IMG/VR virus record: IMGVR_UViG_3300027797_000025
Span: 4,230 to 68,229 of that record
DNA: 64,000 bases
Reading direction: 5' to 3' (one strand)
DNA from: a virus
The notes beneath the pieces were generated by a model. It made no database searches. It was not told where the DNA came from and saw only the letters and a program-made list of their open reading frames with translations. Position 1 is the first letter of the stretch; every line of letters begins with the position of its first letter. Made by a program: the position numbers and the translations under genes. Shown here one piece after another: positions 9,207 through 18,635 of this stretch.

Positions 9207-10211
9207 ATGGCTAAGAAGACGGGTAAACGTTCCGCGGCATCAAACGACTTTTTAGAGCCATTAGCACCAACAATCGGGACTGCTACAAATGTTGGAACAG
9301 GCAGAGCCTTTAACAATGGCGCTGCCACAGTTACATTTTCTTTGCCTGCACTATCGCCTGCTGCTACATCATTTACTGTAACCTCATCACCTGGCGGATA
9401 TACAGGAACTGGGTCATCTTCTCCAGTTACAGTAGCTGGACTTCAGTCTGCTACAGCCTACACATTTACCGCAACAGCTACTAATGCTGCGGGAACCTCT
9501 CAAGCATCTGCGGCATCAAACTCTATTACCGCAACAACAGTCCCTGCAACTATGTCTGCCCCAACCCCAACTGCTGGAGTTAATCAAAACTCAATTGCTT
9601 TCTCAGCCCCAGCAACTGGTGGCAGCGCCATTACAGGATTTACCGTAACAGGCAGCGATGCTACTACTGGAACAGGCTCTACTTCTCCAATTACTATTGC
9701 TGACACTGGCGGAACATCTCAGACTTATACCGTTACCGCAACAAACGCTAACGGAACAAGCATTGCCTCTGCCGCATCTGGATCTATTACTACGTTATCC
9801 CCCTTCTTCCCGCCTTTCTTCCCACCTTTCTTCCCGTTCTTCCCGCCGTTTTTCCCGCCTTTCTTTCCATTCTTCCCGTTCTTTCCGCCATTCTTCCCGC
9901 CATTCTTCCCGTTCTTCCCACCTTTCTTCCCACCTTTCTTCCCGTTCTTCCCGTTCTTTCCACCATTCTTCCCACCGTTCTTTCCGTTCTTCCCATTCTT
10001 CCCACCGTTCTTCCCACCGTTTTTCCCATTCTTCCCACCATTTTTCCCACCATTCTTCCCACCTTCATTCCCTTCTTGTGCAAGCATGTATAGCGCTTGT
10101 GGCGGTGGCAACGGAGCTTGTTGTTCAGGAGCAGGCGCTTGCACATATGGATGTTGTTTCGGGTCATGCGGAGTCGTATGCAATGGTGAAAATTTAGTAA
10201 ATATTTGTTAA
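9207..10211 (+). CDS. FN3-like domain protein with Pro/Phe-only repeat tract and Cys-rich C-terminus
   Basis: Two FN3-like units ('YTFTATATNAAGTS', 'YTVTATNANGTS'); residues 199-286 are only P and F; the last 44 aa contain 10 Cys. Confidence 0.85.
   Translation: MAKKTGKRSAASNDFLEPLAPTIGTATNVGTGRAFNNGAATVTFSLPALSPAATSFTVTSSPGGYTGTGSSSPVTVAGLQSATAYTFTATATNAAGTSQASAASNSITATTVPATMSAPTPTAGVNQNSIAFSAPATGGSAITGFTVTGSDATTGTGSTSPITIADTGGTSQTYTVTATNANGTSIASAASGSITTLSPFFPPFFPPFFPFFPPFFPPFFPFFPFFPPFFPPFFPFFPPFFPPFFPFFPFFPPFFPPFFPFFPFFPPFFPPFFPFFPPFFPPFFPPSFPSCASMYSACGGGNGACCSGAGACTYGCCFGSCGVVCNGENLVNIC
9801..10064 (+). repeat. (PPFF/PFF)n coding repeat, 88 codons
   Basis: 14 PPFF + 10 PFF + PP units; all four Pro codons and both Phe codons are used. 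Confidence 0.95.
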
Positions 10212-10261
10212 TTACAATTCATGCGTGATATGCTTTACCCACAAAAAGAAAGGTTTTTGAT

Positions 10262-10642
10262 ATGGCTTTAAATGCTAATGGAGGGCTTATTTCAGAAGAT
10301 AAAAATCCTGATTTAGTTAGGTTTGCTAATGATCAAACTAACACAGCTCTTATTTTAGACGGTGTAGTTGAAAAAATAATGCGTTTAGGGCCACCTATGC
10401 CTCAAATTATATTTGGAAATTATCAATTTAGAGATGTAACTGAGGCAAAAAGAGTAGAAAAAGAAAGCTCTATGTTCTTTTTTGAAATTGAATCGGAAGA
10501 TGGATTAGTATTAGTGGTGGCCTCAGACGAAAGTATGTGGGCAATTATGGCATCCCACCCTTTAGCGGTAGAGATCCCAGCTGAGTTAGATGTACAACTT
10601 GGCTGGACGTACACTGTTGAAACTGGTTTTGTAAGTAATTAA
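10262..10642 (+). CDS. Hypothetical protein (possible fibre chaperone/accessory)
   Basis: GAAAGG RBS; C-terminal 'VQLGWTY....F' motif seen in small proteins that follow phage fibre genes. Confidence 0.6.
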   Translation: MALNANGGLISEDKNPDLVRFANDQTNTALILDGVVEKIMRLGPPMPQIIFGNYQFRDVTEAKRVEKESSMFFFEIESEDGLVLVVASDESMWAIMASHPLAVEIPAELDVQLGWTYTVETGFVSN

Positions 10643-10668
10643 ATAACTTTTATAACTTGGAGTATAAG

Positions 10669-10935
10669 ATGTCAGAAAAATCAGCGTGGGAAATATATAA
10701 AGAAAAAAATAAAGAAGCGCTTAACGATATGGAAGCATATAGAAAAGCAAAGCCTTGGGATTTACTAAACCCAAAAACAGAATATGTAGAAGGATCGGTT
10801 GCAAAAGATAGATTTGATATCTGCAAGGCCTGCCCTGAACTAATTAAATTAACCTCTCAATGTAAAAAATGCGGATGTTTTATGAAAATAAAAACTACTA
10901 TGGCGACTGCTACTTGCCCAATTGATAAGTGGTAG
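10669..10935 (+). CDS. Cys-rich small protein (DUF6171-like)
   Basis: 'RFDICKACP...QCKKCGCFMKIKT...CPIDKW'; start moved to ATG 10669 after GGAG. Confidence 0.7.
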   Translation: MSEKSAWEIYKEKNKEALNDMEAYRKAKPWDLLNPKTEYVEGSVAKDRFDICKACPELIKLTSQCKKCGCFMKIKTTMATATCPIDKW

Positions 10936-10943
10936 GGGGCCCT

Positions 10944-11657
10944 ATGGATATTTATAATGAAAATGAAAACCCTTGGTTTACAAAGGATAGGTCTGAGACG
11001 GCTTCAGATAGAGTTGCAAGGCTAATGCCTCAAAGCGATATCACTATTAGCAACCCAGGACTGGGGCTAAATGTTTATCATAATACTTTTTCTTTAGATG
11101 ACTCTAAAAGGTACATCAATACGCTTGAGTCTAACCTGTCTACTGGTAGCAAGTATAAATGGTCAGAGGCTCAAGTAACAAACTCTGACGTACCGATCAA
11201 AAAGGCAAGAGACTGTGTAGATTTTAGATATAAACAAGAGAACCTAGGGCCAAGGGACGAGTCTAATGCGGACTTAATTGACCTTCATGAAGAGATATAT
11301 CAAAAATTAAAAATGTGTATGGACGACTATGCCCATTACTGGGGCATAAATGTTACGTATTATGAAGCGTTTAACTTTGTAAAGTATGAAGGTGAGGGCA
11401 CTCACTTTAATATTCATGCCGATCACGGCCCTGCTTATAACTGTACCGTTTCTGCGGTAATCTATATTAATGATGATTACGAAGGCGGAGAGATTAAGTT
11501 TCCAAGATTAGATAACTTTGTGCATACTCCAAAGGTTGGGGATATAGCTATTTTCCCCTCAAACTATATCTACGAACATGCCTCTTTACCAATGAAAACA
11601 GGAACAAAATATTGTGTTGTTGTTATGACAGATATAAACCTTTTGAGCCACAACTAA
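10944..11657 (+). CDS. 2OG-Fe(II) oxygenase, prolyl 4-hydroxylase-like (#1)
   Basis: HxD (HADH), 'YINDDYEGGEIKF', distal His (YEH), basic residue in GTKY. Confidence 0.85.
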   Translation: MDIYNENENPWFTKDRSETASDRVARLMPQSDITISNPGLGLNVYHNTFSLDDSKRYINTLESNLSTGSKYKWSEAQVTNSDVPIKKARDCVDFRYKQENLGPRDESNADLIDLHEEIYQKLKMCMDDYAHYWGINVTYYEAFNFVKYEGEGTHFNIHADHGPAYNCTVSAVIYINDDYEGGEIKFPRLDNFVHTPKVGDIAIFPSNYIYEHASLPMKTGTKYCVVVMTDINLLSHN

Positions 11658-11670
11658 AATAGGAGAACAT

Positions 11671-12342
11671 ATGAATGCAGAAACTACAATATCAGCACCC
11701 TGGAGCAGCTACGAAGAAATTGGTCCAGGCATCTTTGTTTACCACGACGTTCTGCCAACAGAGTTAGACATCATTAATAGGTTAGAACAAGTTTTGGGTA
11801 GTGATAGCCCCCACTATAATTGGCAACCAGCTTACGTAGGCTATATGCAAAGAATGCCAGAATATAGAGACTGCGTTGACTTTAAATTTAAAAAAACAGA
11901 TATTCAAAACGATAAATCTGAAGCATCCGCTCAACTACAGGGGATTTGGCAAGATTGCTATGATAGGCAAAAGTTAGCAGTAGAGGATTATTGCAAGCGT
12001 TTTAACATTAATAACTTAAGGTACTGGGAAGCCTTTAACTACATCAAGTACGAGCCTGGTCAACACTTTATGGAGCACCATGACCACGGGTTCTCGTATA
12101 ACTGTACTCTATCTTTGGTTGCCTATATTAATGATGATTATGAAGGCGGAGAGCTATTCTTTAGGCTTCAAGGGCTAACCTATATCCCAAAGGCTGGGGA
12201 TGTTGTGCTATTCCCGTCAAACTTTATGTACCCGCACCAAGCAAAGGTTGTTCACTCTGGAACAAAATACTCATTAGTAACAATGCTTGATTACAGCGAG
12301 AAGTACCATACCGCAGAAATGTATCAAGAAACTGGATCATAA
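11671..12342 (+). CDS. 2OG-Fe(II) oxygenase, prolyl 4-hydroxylase-like (#2, paralog of #1)
   Basis: HHDH, 'YINDDYEGGELFF', 'FPSNFMYPH', GTKY. Confidence 0.85.
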   Translation: MNAETTISAPWSSYEEIGPGIFVYHDVLPTELDIINRLEQVLGSDSPHYNWQPAYVGYMQRMPEYRDCVDFKFKKTDIQNDKSEASAQLQGIWQDCYDRQKLAVEDYCKRFNINNLRYWEAFNYIKYEPGQHFMEHHDHGFSYNCTLSLVAYINDDYEGGELFFRLQGLTYIPKAGDVVLFPSNFMYPHQAKVVHSGTKYSLVTMLDYSEKYHTAEMYQETGS

Positions 12343-13064
12343 TGTCAATTATCACAGCTTATAAAAGAACACCAACGGCATTAAACATAGAGCCGATGTC
12401 TATTAAACGTGACTGGATGGATGAAACCCCTCAAGGCCATGCTTATAGGTGTCACCCAGTAACCTCTGCTAATGTTATTGGTTGGGCTATCTCTTTGCCA
12501 ATAGATTTGAAGTTTATTTGGAATGGCGTAAATGATACAAGTAGCGATAACGTAACAATTTTAGAAGGTACAGAGTACGTTTACACGGGTAGAGGGCAGG
12601 CTACAATTAGTTTTAACACTGGGTTTATTCTAAGAACTGCTCAGGATGTAAGCGTACTTACAATTACCCCTCAAAACTATTTTAATGAAAACTTTGAAGT
12701 AGTATCTTCTTTAATATCCACTTCATTTTTAAATACTGATTTTCCATTAGCAATTAAATGTAGAATACCTAACCAAGAAATCATTATTAAAACAGGAACC
12801 CCAATAGCAACTATAATTCCTATATCTTTGACTTCTTTAAAGGATGAGTCAGTAGAAATTGTTAATTTTGTCAATACTCAAGAATATAATGACACTGTAA
12901 GTGCGTACGGAGCAGCAGCTCAAGAAGTAAATAAACTTGGCGAATGGACGGATTGGTATAGAAATGCGGTAAATGAAAAGGGGGAGTCAGTAGGAGCCCA
13001 CGAAGTAAAAAACCTAAAACTTAGTGTTATTGACAATACAAGGTTTAATAATGAAAATAATTAA
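12342..13064 (+). CDS. DUF6065-like protein
   Basis: 'RDWMDET...AYRCHPVTSANVIGWAI..P.D....WNG' and 'GTPIATIIP' resemble DUF6065. Confidence 0.65.
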   Translation: MSIITAYKRTPTALNIEPMSIKRDWMDETPQGHAYRCHPVTSANVIGWAISLPIDLKFIWNGVNDTSSDNVTILEGTEYVYTGRGQATISFNTGFILRTAQDVSVLTITPQNYFNENFEVVSSLISTSFLNTDFPLAIKCRIPNQEIIIKTGTPIATIIPISLTSLKDESVEIVNFVNTQEYNDTVSAYGAAAQEVNKLGEWTDWYRNAVNEKGESVGAHEVKNLKLSVIDNTRFNNENN

Positions 13065-13815
13065 TTTTATAAGTAATAGGCCTTGGCTTACTAAAGAGAG
13101 CGCATCAAAACCAGTTCCAATTTCAAAATTAATGCCACAATGGTACAAAGATGCAGATAGATTTGCTAAGATGCCAACTGGGGAATACTACAAAGCGCCA
13201 AAAGAAGTTTGCCCGTTTCCCAAAGAAGGTACAACCAACGATTATGGGAAAATCCCTACATGGAAGGCTTGCCCCGCAATTCTTGATATTTTAACAACAG
13301 GCTATAGCTTGGTTACGCCTTGCGACATAGAGTTCTTCTTAGATGACGCTGGGCAGATTGATGTTAAAATTGAAGATCCAATGTATAAAGGGTTTGCAAC
13401 TAGAAGGCCCCCTATGCCACAATTTCGGCATCCAGAGGGGTACTATAACTATCACTTTGCTTGGATGCCCGATTGGGCAGTAAAAGTCCCAAATGGGTAT
13501 AGTGTTTTATACGTGTCGCCTCTTAATCGTTATGATCTTCCAATTATGACAGTTTCTGGGATTATTGATAACGACGAGGTTAACCTTCCTGGGTCATTTC
13601 CATTTTTTGTACAAGAGGGTTGGGCTGGGGTTTTACCAGCAGGAACCCCTTATGCTCAGCTGATCCCCTTTTTAAGGGAAGATTGGAAAGCTGAAACCAC
13701 TATCCCTTCAACACAAACAATGATGAATAGCAATATAGAAAATAGTAAGAAATACCGTGTACCAGATGGCGGGGTATATCAAAAAGAAGTCTGGACCAAG
13801 AGGGCCTACGAATAG
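13051..13815 (+). CDS. DUF6065-related protein
   Basis: 'P.WYK...TWKACPAILDILTTGY...P.D', 'P.GYS.L...PLNR', 'SGIIDND', 'GTPYAQLIPF.RE.W'. Confidence 0.6.
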   Translation: MKIINFISNRPWLTKESASKPVPISKLMPQWYKDADRFAKMPTGEYYKAPKEVCPFPKEGTTNDYGKIPTWKACPAILDILTTGYSLVTPCDIEFFLDDAGQIDVKIEDPMYKGFATRRPPMPQFRHPEGYYNYHFAWMPDWAVKVPNGYSVLYVSPLNRYDLPIMTVSGIIDNDEVNLPGSFPFFVQEGWAGVLPAGTPYAQLIPFLREDWKAETTIPSTQTMMNSNIENSKKYRVPDGGVYQKEVWTKRAYE

Positions 13816-13834
13816 GAAATGGTATAGTTAACAT

Positions 13835-14515
13835 ATGAAACAGAACAATGACTCATACACCGTAGTTAAACGAGCGCCGTCTATGACCCCATCTGGCTGG
13901 TTTGGAGATAGCAAAGACATGATTGTCGAGCTAGAAAACTTCATGACCCAAGAAGAGATAGAGTTTTTAGAGAAAGCTGCCAAATCTTTAACCATTTGGG
14001 ATGTAACGCAAAGCCATACAAATGAGAATGGAACAGTTACCTATGACTCAGATTATTGGAAAGATAGGGTTGCCACTCAACCAACCTTAGATAAAAATGA
14101 TCCAAAGATATCTCCAATAATTGCAGGGCTATTTCAACGACTAAGGCCAATTATTGAAGAATTTTATAAAGTAGAAGTTCACCCAACTGGCACAACTATT
14201 GTTAAATGGCTTCCTGGGCAGTTTCAAAACCCTCATGCAGATAAAGAACTTCACGAGGGGCCAGACGCGGGAACGCCTAATGATTTTCCAAACTATGACC
14301 TTTCAAGTTTGTTCTATTTAAACGATGACTATGAAGGTGGGGAACTATACTTCCCACTACAGGGCGTGCAGTTTAAGCCTAAAAAAGGCGCTGCTTACTT
14401 TTTCCCAGGGGATAAAAACTATATTCACGGGGTTACTGAGATCAAAAGTGGTTTAAGATTTACATGCCCATTTTTTTGGGAAATAACCCGACATACAGGG
14501 GACAGACAACCGTAA
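13835..14515 (+). CDS. 2OG-Fe(II) oxygenase (#3)
   Basis: HAD, 'YLNDDYEGGELYF', 'FPG...IHGV', RF; leaderless start. Confidence 0.85.
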   Translation: MKQNNDSYTVVKRAPSMTPSGWFGDSKDMIVELENFMTQEEIEFLEKAAKSLTIWDVTQSHTNENGTVTYDSDYWKDRVATQPTLDKNDPKISPIIAGLFQRLRPIIEEFYKVEVHPTGTTIVKWLPGQFQNPHADKELHEGPDAGTPNDFPNYDLSSLFYLNDDYEGGELYFPLQGVQFKPKKGAAYFFPGDKNYIHGVTEIKSGLRFTCPFFWEITRHTGDRQP

Positions 14516-14534
14516 TGACGGATATAATACAATT

Positions 14535-15308
14535 ATGAGATCTATTTATGATATCCCGCTTAACTCGGCCGACGGGGCTCCTGGTTTCTTAGACCAGTTT
14601 AAAGGTAAGGTCACACTACTAACAAATACAACAGTTGGTTGTGGCAATGCTAATCAAATGGAAGTTCTCCAATGGCTTCAAGATAAGTACGGTGGAGATG
14701 ATTTCCAAGTAGTCGCTATCCCTACTAATGACTACTGTGGCCCTGGCGTTACTAAGGGCAAGTGGTCACAAGGCATTACTTGTGGCTTAGACTCACAAGA
14801 GTATGGCAAAGACACTTATGGGACTACTTTTGCGTTCTCAGAGCTGGTCGCATCAAATCCAAATAAAAGTGCTAATGAGATGAGTGATCATAAGGGGGAC
14901 GATTCTGTAAACGGATTAGGTCAACCAAGAAAAGAAACTCACGAACTATATAAAGAGATATCAGATCAAATGCTGGCGTATGCTGCAAAACAAAAAGAAC
15001 TTGGCATTCCAGATAGAGACGGGTACCTATCCCCTTGGCTAAATCAACCTGTTGCTAATGGTGCAATGCAGGGCGGAAACTTTGAAAAGTATCTTATTGA
15101 TAAAGATGGCTTTGTAGCAAATTGGTTCCAATGTACCGTTTTAAATTATGATATTGAAAAGACCCTTAAAGAGGATTTAATAGCTAAAGGAACCCCTGCT
15201 GCTATGGGAGAAGGCAGAACTCCAGAAGTGTTTGAAGAAGAATATAACCTTGTTCAACAGGAAATAGAAAAGTTAATTGCTGGAGATAAATCCCTTATAA
15301 ATAACTAA
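14535..15308 (+). CDS. Glutathione peroxidase-like (thioredoxin-fold) protein, divergent
   Basis: 'FKGKVTLLTNTTVGCG..Q...LQ.LQDKY....FQVVAIPTNDY' and 'NFEKYLIDKDG'. Confidence 0.8.
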   Translation: MRSIYDIPLNSADGAPGFLDQFKGKVTLLTNTTVGCGNANQMEVLQWLQDKYGGDDFQVVAIPTNDYCGPGVTKGKWSQGITCGLDSQEYGKDTYGTTFAFSELVASNPNKSANEMSDHKGDDSVNGLGQPRKETHELYKEISDQMLAYAAKQKELGIPDRDGYLSPWLNQPVANGAMQGGNFEKYLIDKDGFVANWFQCTVLNYDIEKTLKEDLIAKGTPAAMGEGRTPEVFEEEYNLVQQEIEKLIAGDKSLINN

Positions 15309-15324
15309 ATGGAGCACAAGTACA

Positions 15325-16080
15325 ATGAACTTGGAAAACAAAACAAGAATAACAAAAGATATAGTTGTTTATAAGAACTTTATAAGCAGAGAAGACTGCA
15401 AAAAGATGATTCAAGCCTTAGACGCTCAAGCAGACAACGGGGCAATTTCTTGGATGCCTATTTCATTTTATGAGTCATACTCTTCAGTATTGCCACAAGA
15501 CAACGATAAAGAAGTAGTTGATGCTGGGCTATCTCCAACTATATTCTCAGACATTGAAAAAATAATGTACGAAGCAATTGCTTCAGTTCATGACTTAGAC
15601 CCAAAGGTAATATCAAAAATTGGGTATCACACACAAAAATGGGAGCCAGGAGCATACGCAAGAATTCACTCTGACAATACAGATGAGCATGGGAAGTCAG
15701 GCGCGTTCACAAGAAGCCGATACGCGGGTTTTCTATATCTTAATGACGATTTTAAAGGCGGGCTACTTAAATTCCCAAGTCAGAACATAGAGATTAAACC
15801 AGAAGTTGGACTGCTTGCCGTATTTGATGGCGGGTTTAACAACATGCACGAAGTGTCCCTAATAGAGAGTGGGGTACGGTACACCATTGGATCTTTCTGG
15901 GATGATAGAGAAGAATCAGACTATCCGCAAGAGCTAAGAGATGCTTGGGCCGCAGAAATGAAAGAAACTAGAGCCCAACAAGAAGTTGAACGAGCAGAGT
16001 GGCAAGATTTGCTTAAGCAGGGCTGGAAGCTAGATGCAGATGGTAATAAATACAAAGTAAAGGAGATTACAAATGATTGA
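15325..16080 (+). CDS. 2OG-Fe(II) oxygenase (#4)
   Basis: HSD, 'YLNDDFKGGLLKF', MHEV, RYT. Confidence 0.85.
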   Translation: MNLENKTRITKDIVVYKNFISREDCKKMIQALDAQADNGAISWMPISFYESYSSVLPQDNDKEVVDAGLSPTIFSDIEKIMYEAIASVHDLDPKVISKIGYHTQKWEPGAYARIHSDNTDEHGKSGAFTRSRYAGFLYLNDDFKGGLLKFPSQNIEIKPEVGLLAVFDGGFNNMHEVSLIESGVRYTIGSFWDDREESDYPQELRDAWAAEMKETRAQQEVERAEWQDLLKQGWKLDADGNKYKVKEITND

Positions 16081-16732
16081 ATCTTTTAAACAACAGTTAA
16101 TAGATAGCGGGTACGTAGTTACAGAGATTACCCCAGAACTATTTTCTGTTGAAAACTTTTTATCACAAGATCAAATAGATACTTTTTGGGATATTATACA
16201 TAGCACACCTCAAAAAGATTGGGAAGTAGAGTACCACGCAAACTTAAAACACTTTTGCATGGAAAAGTTTGGCAGAGATGACGTAGATAATTTGGTTGCT
16301 GAAGGTAAGTTTGAAATTACTCAAAATTGGAAAGATAAAAACTTTAATATATTACATCATGAGATCCAAAGGCCTTTATATGATGGCCTAAACTCAATGG
16401 TAATAAAAGCTGACCCAAAATTGGTCTTAAGCGGCTTTGCAACAATTCAAAGAATGCAACCAGGAGTAGAGCTAAAATCACATACTGACCAAAAAACAGA
16501 TCCGTCTATAAAATACGCCACAATTGCATATATTAATGATAACTACGCAGACGGCGAGTTATTTTTTCCAAACCTTGATATCCAGCTAAAGCCTAAACCA
16601 GGAACTATGTTATTTTTTCCAGGTAATGAGGAGTATGAGCACGGGGTCAAGCCCGTAGGCGAAGGGTCAATAAGATATGTTCTTGTTGGTTTTATTAAAG
16701 AAAAAGATCACTATCAAAATAATAAATACTAA
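16073..16732 (+). CDS. 2OG-Fe(II) oxygenase (#5)
   Basis: HTD, 'YINDNYADGELFF', EHGV, RYV. Confidence 0.85.
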   Translation: MIESFKQQLIDSGYVVTEITPELFSVENFLSQDQIDTFWDIIHSTPQKDWEVEYHANLKHFCMEKFGRDDVDNLVAEGKFEITQNWKDKNFNILHHEIQRPLYDGLNSMVIKADPKLVLSGFATIQRMQPGVELKSHTDQKTDPSIKYATIAYINDNYADGELFFPNLDIQLKPKPGTMLFFPGNEEYEHGVKPVGEGSIRYVLVGFIKEKDHYQNNKY

Positions 16733-16742
16733 GGGGCACTAA

Positions 16743-17369
16743 ATGGATAAAGAAATACTTGAAGAAAAAGTTTACTATTACACAAACGTAATTGAAAACC
16801 CAAAGAAACTTGTTGATGCAATTGAACAAGACAATGAAAATCCTTGGGGCGAATGGATGGCGTGTAGTGGAGAGGCGTATATTTATGGTACAGATAAAAG
16901 TATCTTTGCAGACCCGTCAGATATACAAAAAACTTATATCTACTCTACGCTACAAAAAGCTTTTGATGATGTAGCAAGAGATTACGCAGCAGCTCACGGC
17001 ATCACAGAGGATCCTAAACTATTTCCAATGTACCCAATTAAAAAGTATAAAGCTGGAACATACATGGGCGCTCACTTTGACCAACAAGAGGGAGATGACC
17101 GTCTTAAAATATCTTTTGTTATGTACTTAAATGATGACTACGAAGGCGGAGAACTATCTTTTAGCATAGCGTCTCCAGATGGCATACTGCAAAATGCTAG
17201 CCCACACCCAGACTTTGAAATTGCAACACAAGACGGAAGCTATACTTTTGCTATCAAGCCAAAGGCTGGAAGCATTGTTGTTTTCCCACCATCTCCGCCA
17301 TATCACCACACTGCACACTTAGTGAAGAGTGGGGAAAAGATTATGGTGCCGCAACACTGGATTCATTAG
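16743..17369 (+). CDS. 2OG-Fe(II) oxygenase (#6)
   Basis: HFD, 'YLNDDYEGGELSF', 'FPPSPPYHHTA', GEK. Confidence 0.85.
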   Translation: MDKEILEEKVYYYTNVIENPKKLVDAIEQDNENPWGEWMACSGEAYIYGTDKSIFADPSDIQKTYIYSTLQKAFDDVARDYAAAHGITEDPKLFPMYPIKKYKAGTYMGAHFDQQEGDDRLKISFVMYLNDDYEGGELSFSIASPDGILQNASPHPDFEIATQDGSYTFAIKPKAGSIVVFPPSPPYHHTAHLVKSGEKIMVPQHWIH

Positions 17370-17370
17370 C

Positions 17371-18039
17371 ATGAAAACAGCTATTGTAACTGGAGCAAGC
17401 AAGGGTGTTGGTTTAGCAACGGTTAAACGCTTATCTGAAAACGGGTACAAGGTCATTGCTGTTTCAAGAGACCTCTCTAAAGTATCTGAACTTGTATCTG
17501 ACAACGTTGAGGTATACCGCCTAGATATAACAGACTCTAAAGCAATAGAACTATTCTTTGAAAAATACAAAAATATAACCCTAGATCTTTTAGTTAACAA
17601 CGCGGGTGGCGGTTCTGGCCCAACCCACATTATTAATGAAACCCCAGAAAACTTTAGAAAAGCCTATGATATAAACGTAACGGGCCCTATGTACCTATCT
17701 CAACTATTTGTACCCTGTATGAGAAGATCACAATCTCCAACAATTGTCTTCATTACCTCTTTTGGCGGTAAAGTGCCCTATCGCGGTGGGGGAAATTACA
17801 CAAACGCCAAGAGGGGTGAGCGTGGTCTAATTGACACAATGAGGCTTGAGTTTCCTCAATTTGGCATTAAAATTACAGATATCTGCCCAGCTACTATCGA
17901 CACCCAAGAACAAAAACGAGACCACGCTTTAACTGCAGAAGATTTAGCAGAAGCCATTTACTGGGTAGGTTCGTTACCAAGCCATGTTAATATAAACGAA
18001 ATTGAAATTTGCCACATCAACAGTAGCAAGTATAACTAA
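17371..18039 (+). CDS. Short-chain dehydrogenase/reductase (SDR)
   Basis: TGASKGVG Rossmann motif, NNAG, YxxxK (YTNAK), C-terminal 'LPSHVNINEI'. Confidence 0.9.
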   Translation: MKTAIVTGASKGVGLATVKRLSENGYKVIAVSRDLSKVSELVSDNVEVYRLDITDSKAIELFFEKYKNITLDLLVNNAGGGSGPTHIINETPENFRKAYDINVTGPMYLSQLFVPCMRRSQSPTIVFITSFGGKVPYRGGGNYTNAKRGERGLIDTMRLEFPQFGIKITDICPATIDTQEQKRDHALTAEDLAEAIYWVGSLPSHVNINEIEICHINSSKYN

Positions 18040-18041
18040 GC

Positions 18042-18635
18042 ATGATTAATTACAAAAATAGTAAAAGCTCTACGTTTCAAGAGTCATTTGTTATCTCTAT
18101 GACGCAAGAGAAAAAAAATGGGTTTTATGTAGAGCTAGGCTCGGCTGACCCATACACGGATAGTAATACGTTTTTGTTAGAATCTGAGTTTGGCTGGAAA
18201 GGTCTTGCTCTTGAGATTGACAAAGAAGTGTCTGAGAAATACAACTTATCTGACCGCAATAACAAATGTATTAATAAAGACGCACTAAGTTTTGACTACC
18301 TTAACTACTTTAAAGAAAATAACTTTCCAAAAACCATTGACTTTTTGCAAATTGATATAGATGGGCATGACGATGGAAACTGTCTTTTAGCCCTCATAGC
18401 GCTACCTATGTTGCAATATAGATTTTCAACAATAATTATTGAGCATGATTTAGGTCAAAATTATAAAAGGTACTCTATGAGGGATGCTCAAAGAGAGCTT
18501 TTAAGCAGTTTAGGGTACAAACTTATTGGACAGACGTTAAGTGAAGACTGGTGGGTTGACCCAAAGTCTGTAAACCAAGAGGCCTACAGGTATGACACAT
18601 TTAACGGGATACCGTACATTGAAGGGACCAAATGA
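18042..18635 (+). CDS. FkbM-family SAM-dependent methyltransferase
   Basis: 'GFYVELGSAD...SNT..LE...WKGLALEID' and 'IDFLQIDIDG'. Confidence 0.75.
   Translation: MINYKNSKSSTFQESFVISMTQEKKNGFYVELGSADPYTDSNTFLLESEFGWKGLALEIDKEVSEKYNLSDRNNKCINKDALSFDYLNYFKENNFPKTIDFLQIDIDGHDDGNCLLALIALPMLQYRFSTIIIEHDLGQNYKRYSMRDAQRELLSSLGYKLIGQTLSEDWWVDPKSVNQEAYRYDTFNGIPYIEGTK

Noticed and set aside
9658-10197. Alternative-frame and antisense ORFs with KNGG, GRxx or SSHx repeats
   Set aside because: These are shadows of the Pro/Phe repeat. Third-position variation is synonymous only in the PF frame, and the repeat lacks stop codons in the other frames by composition.
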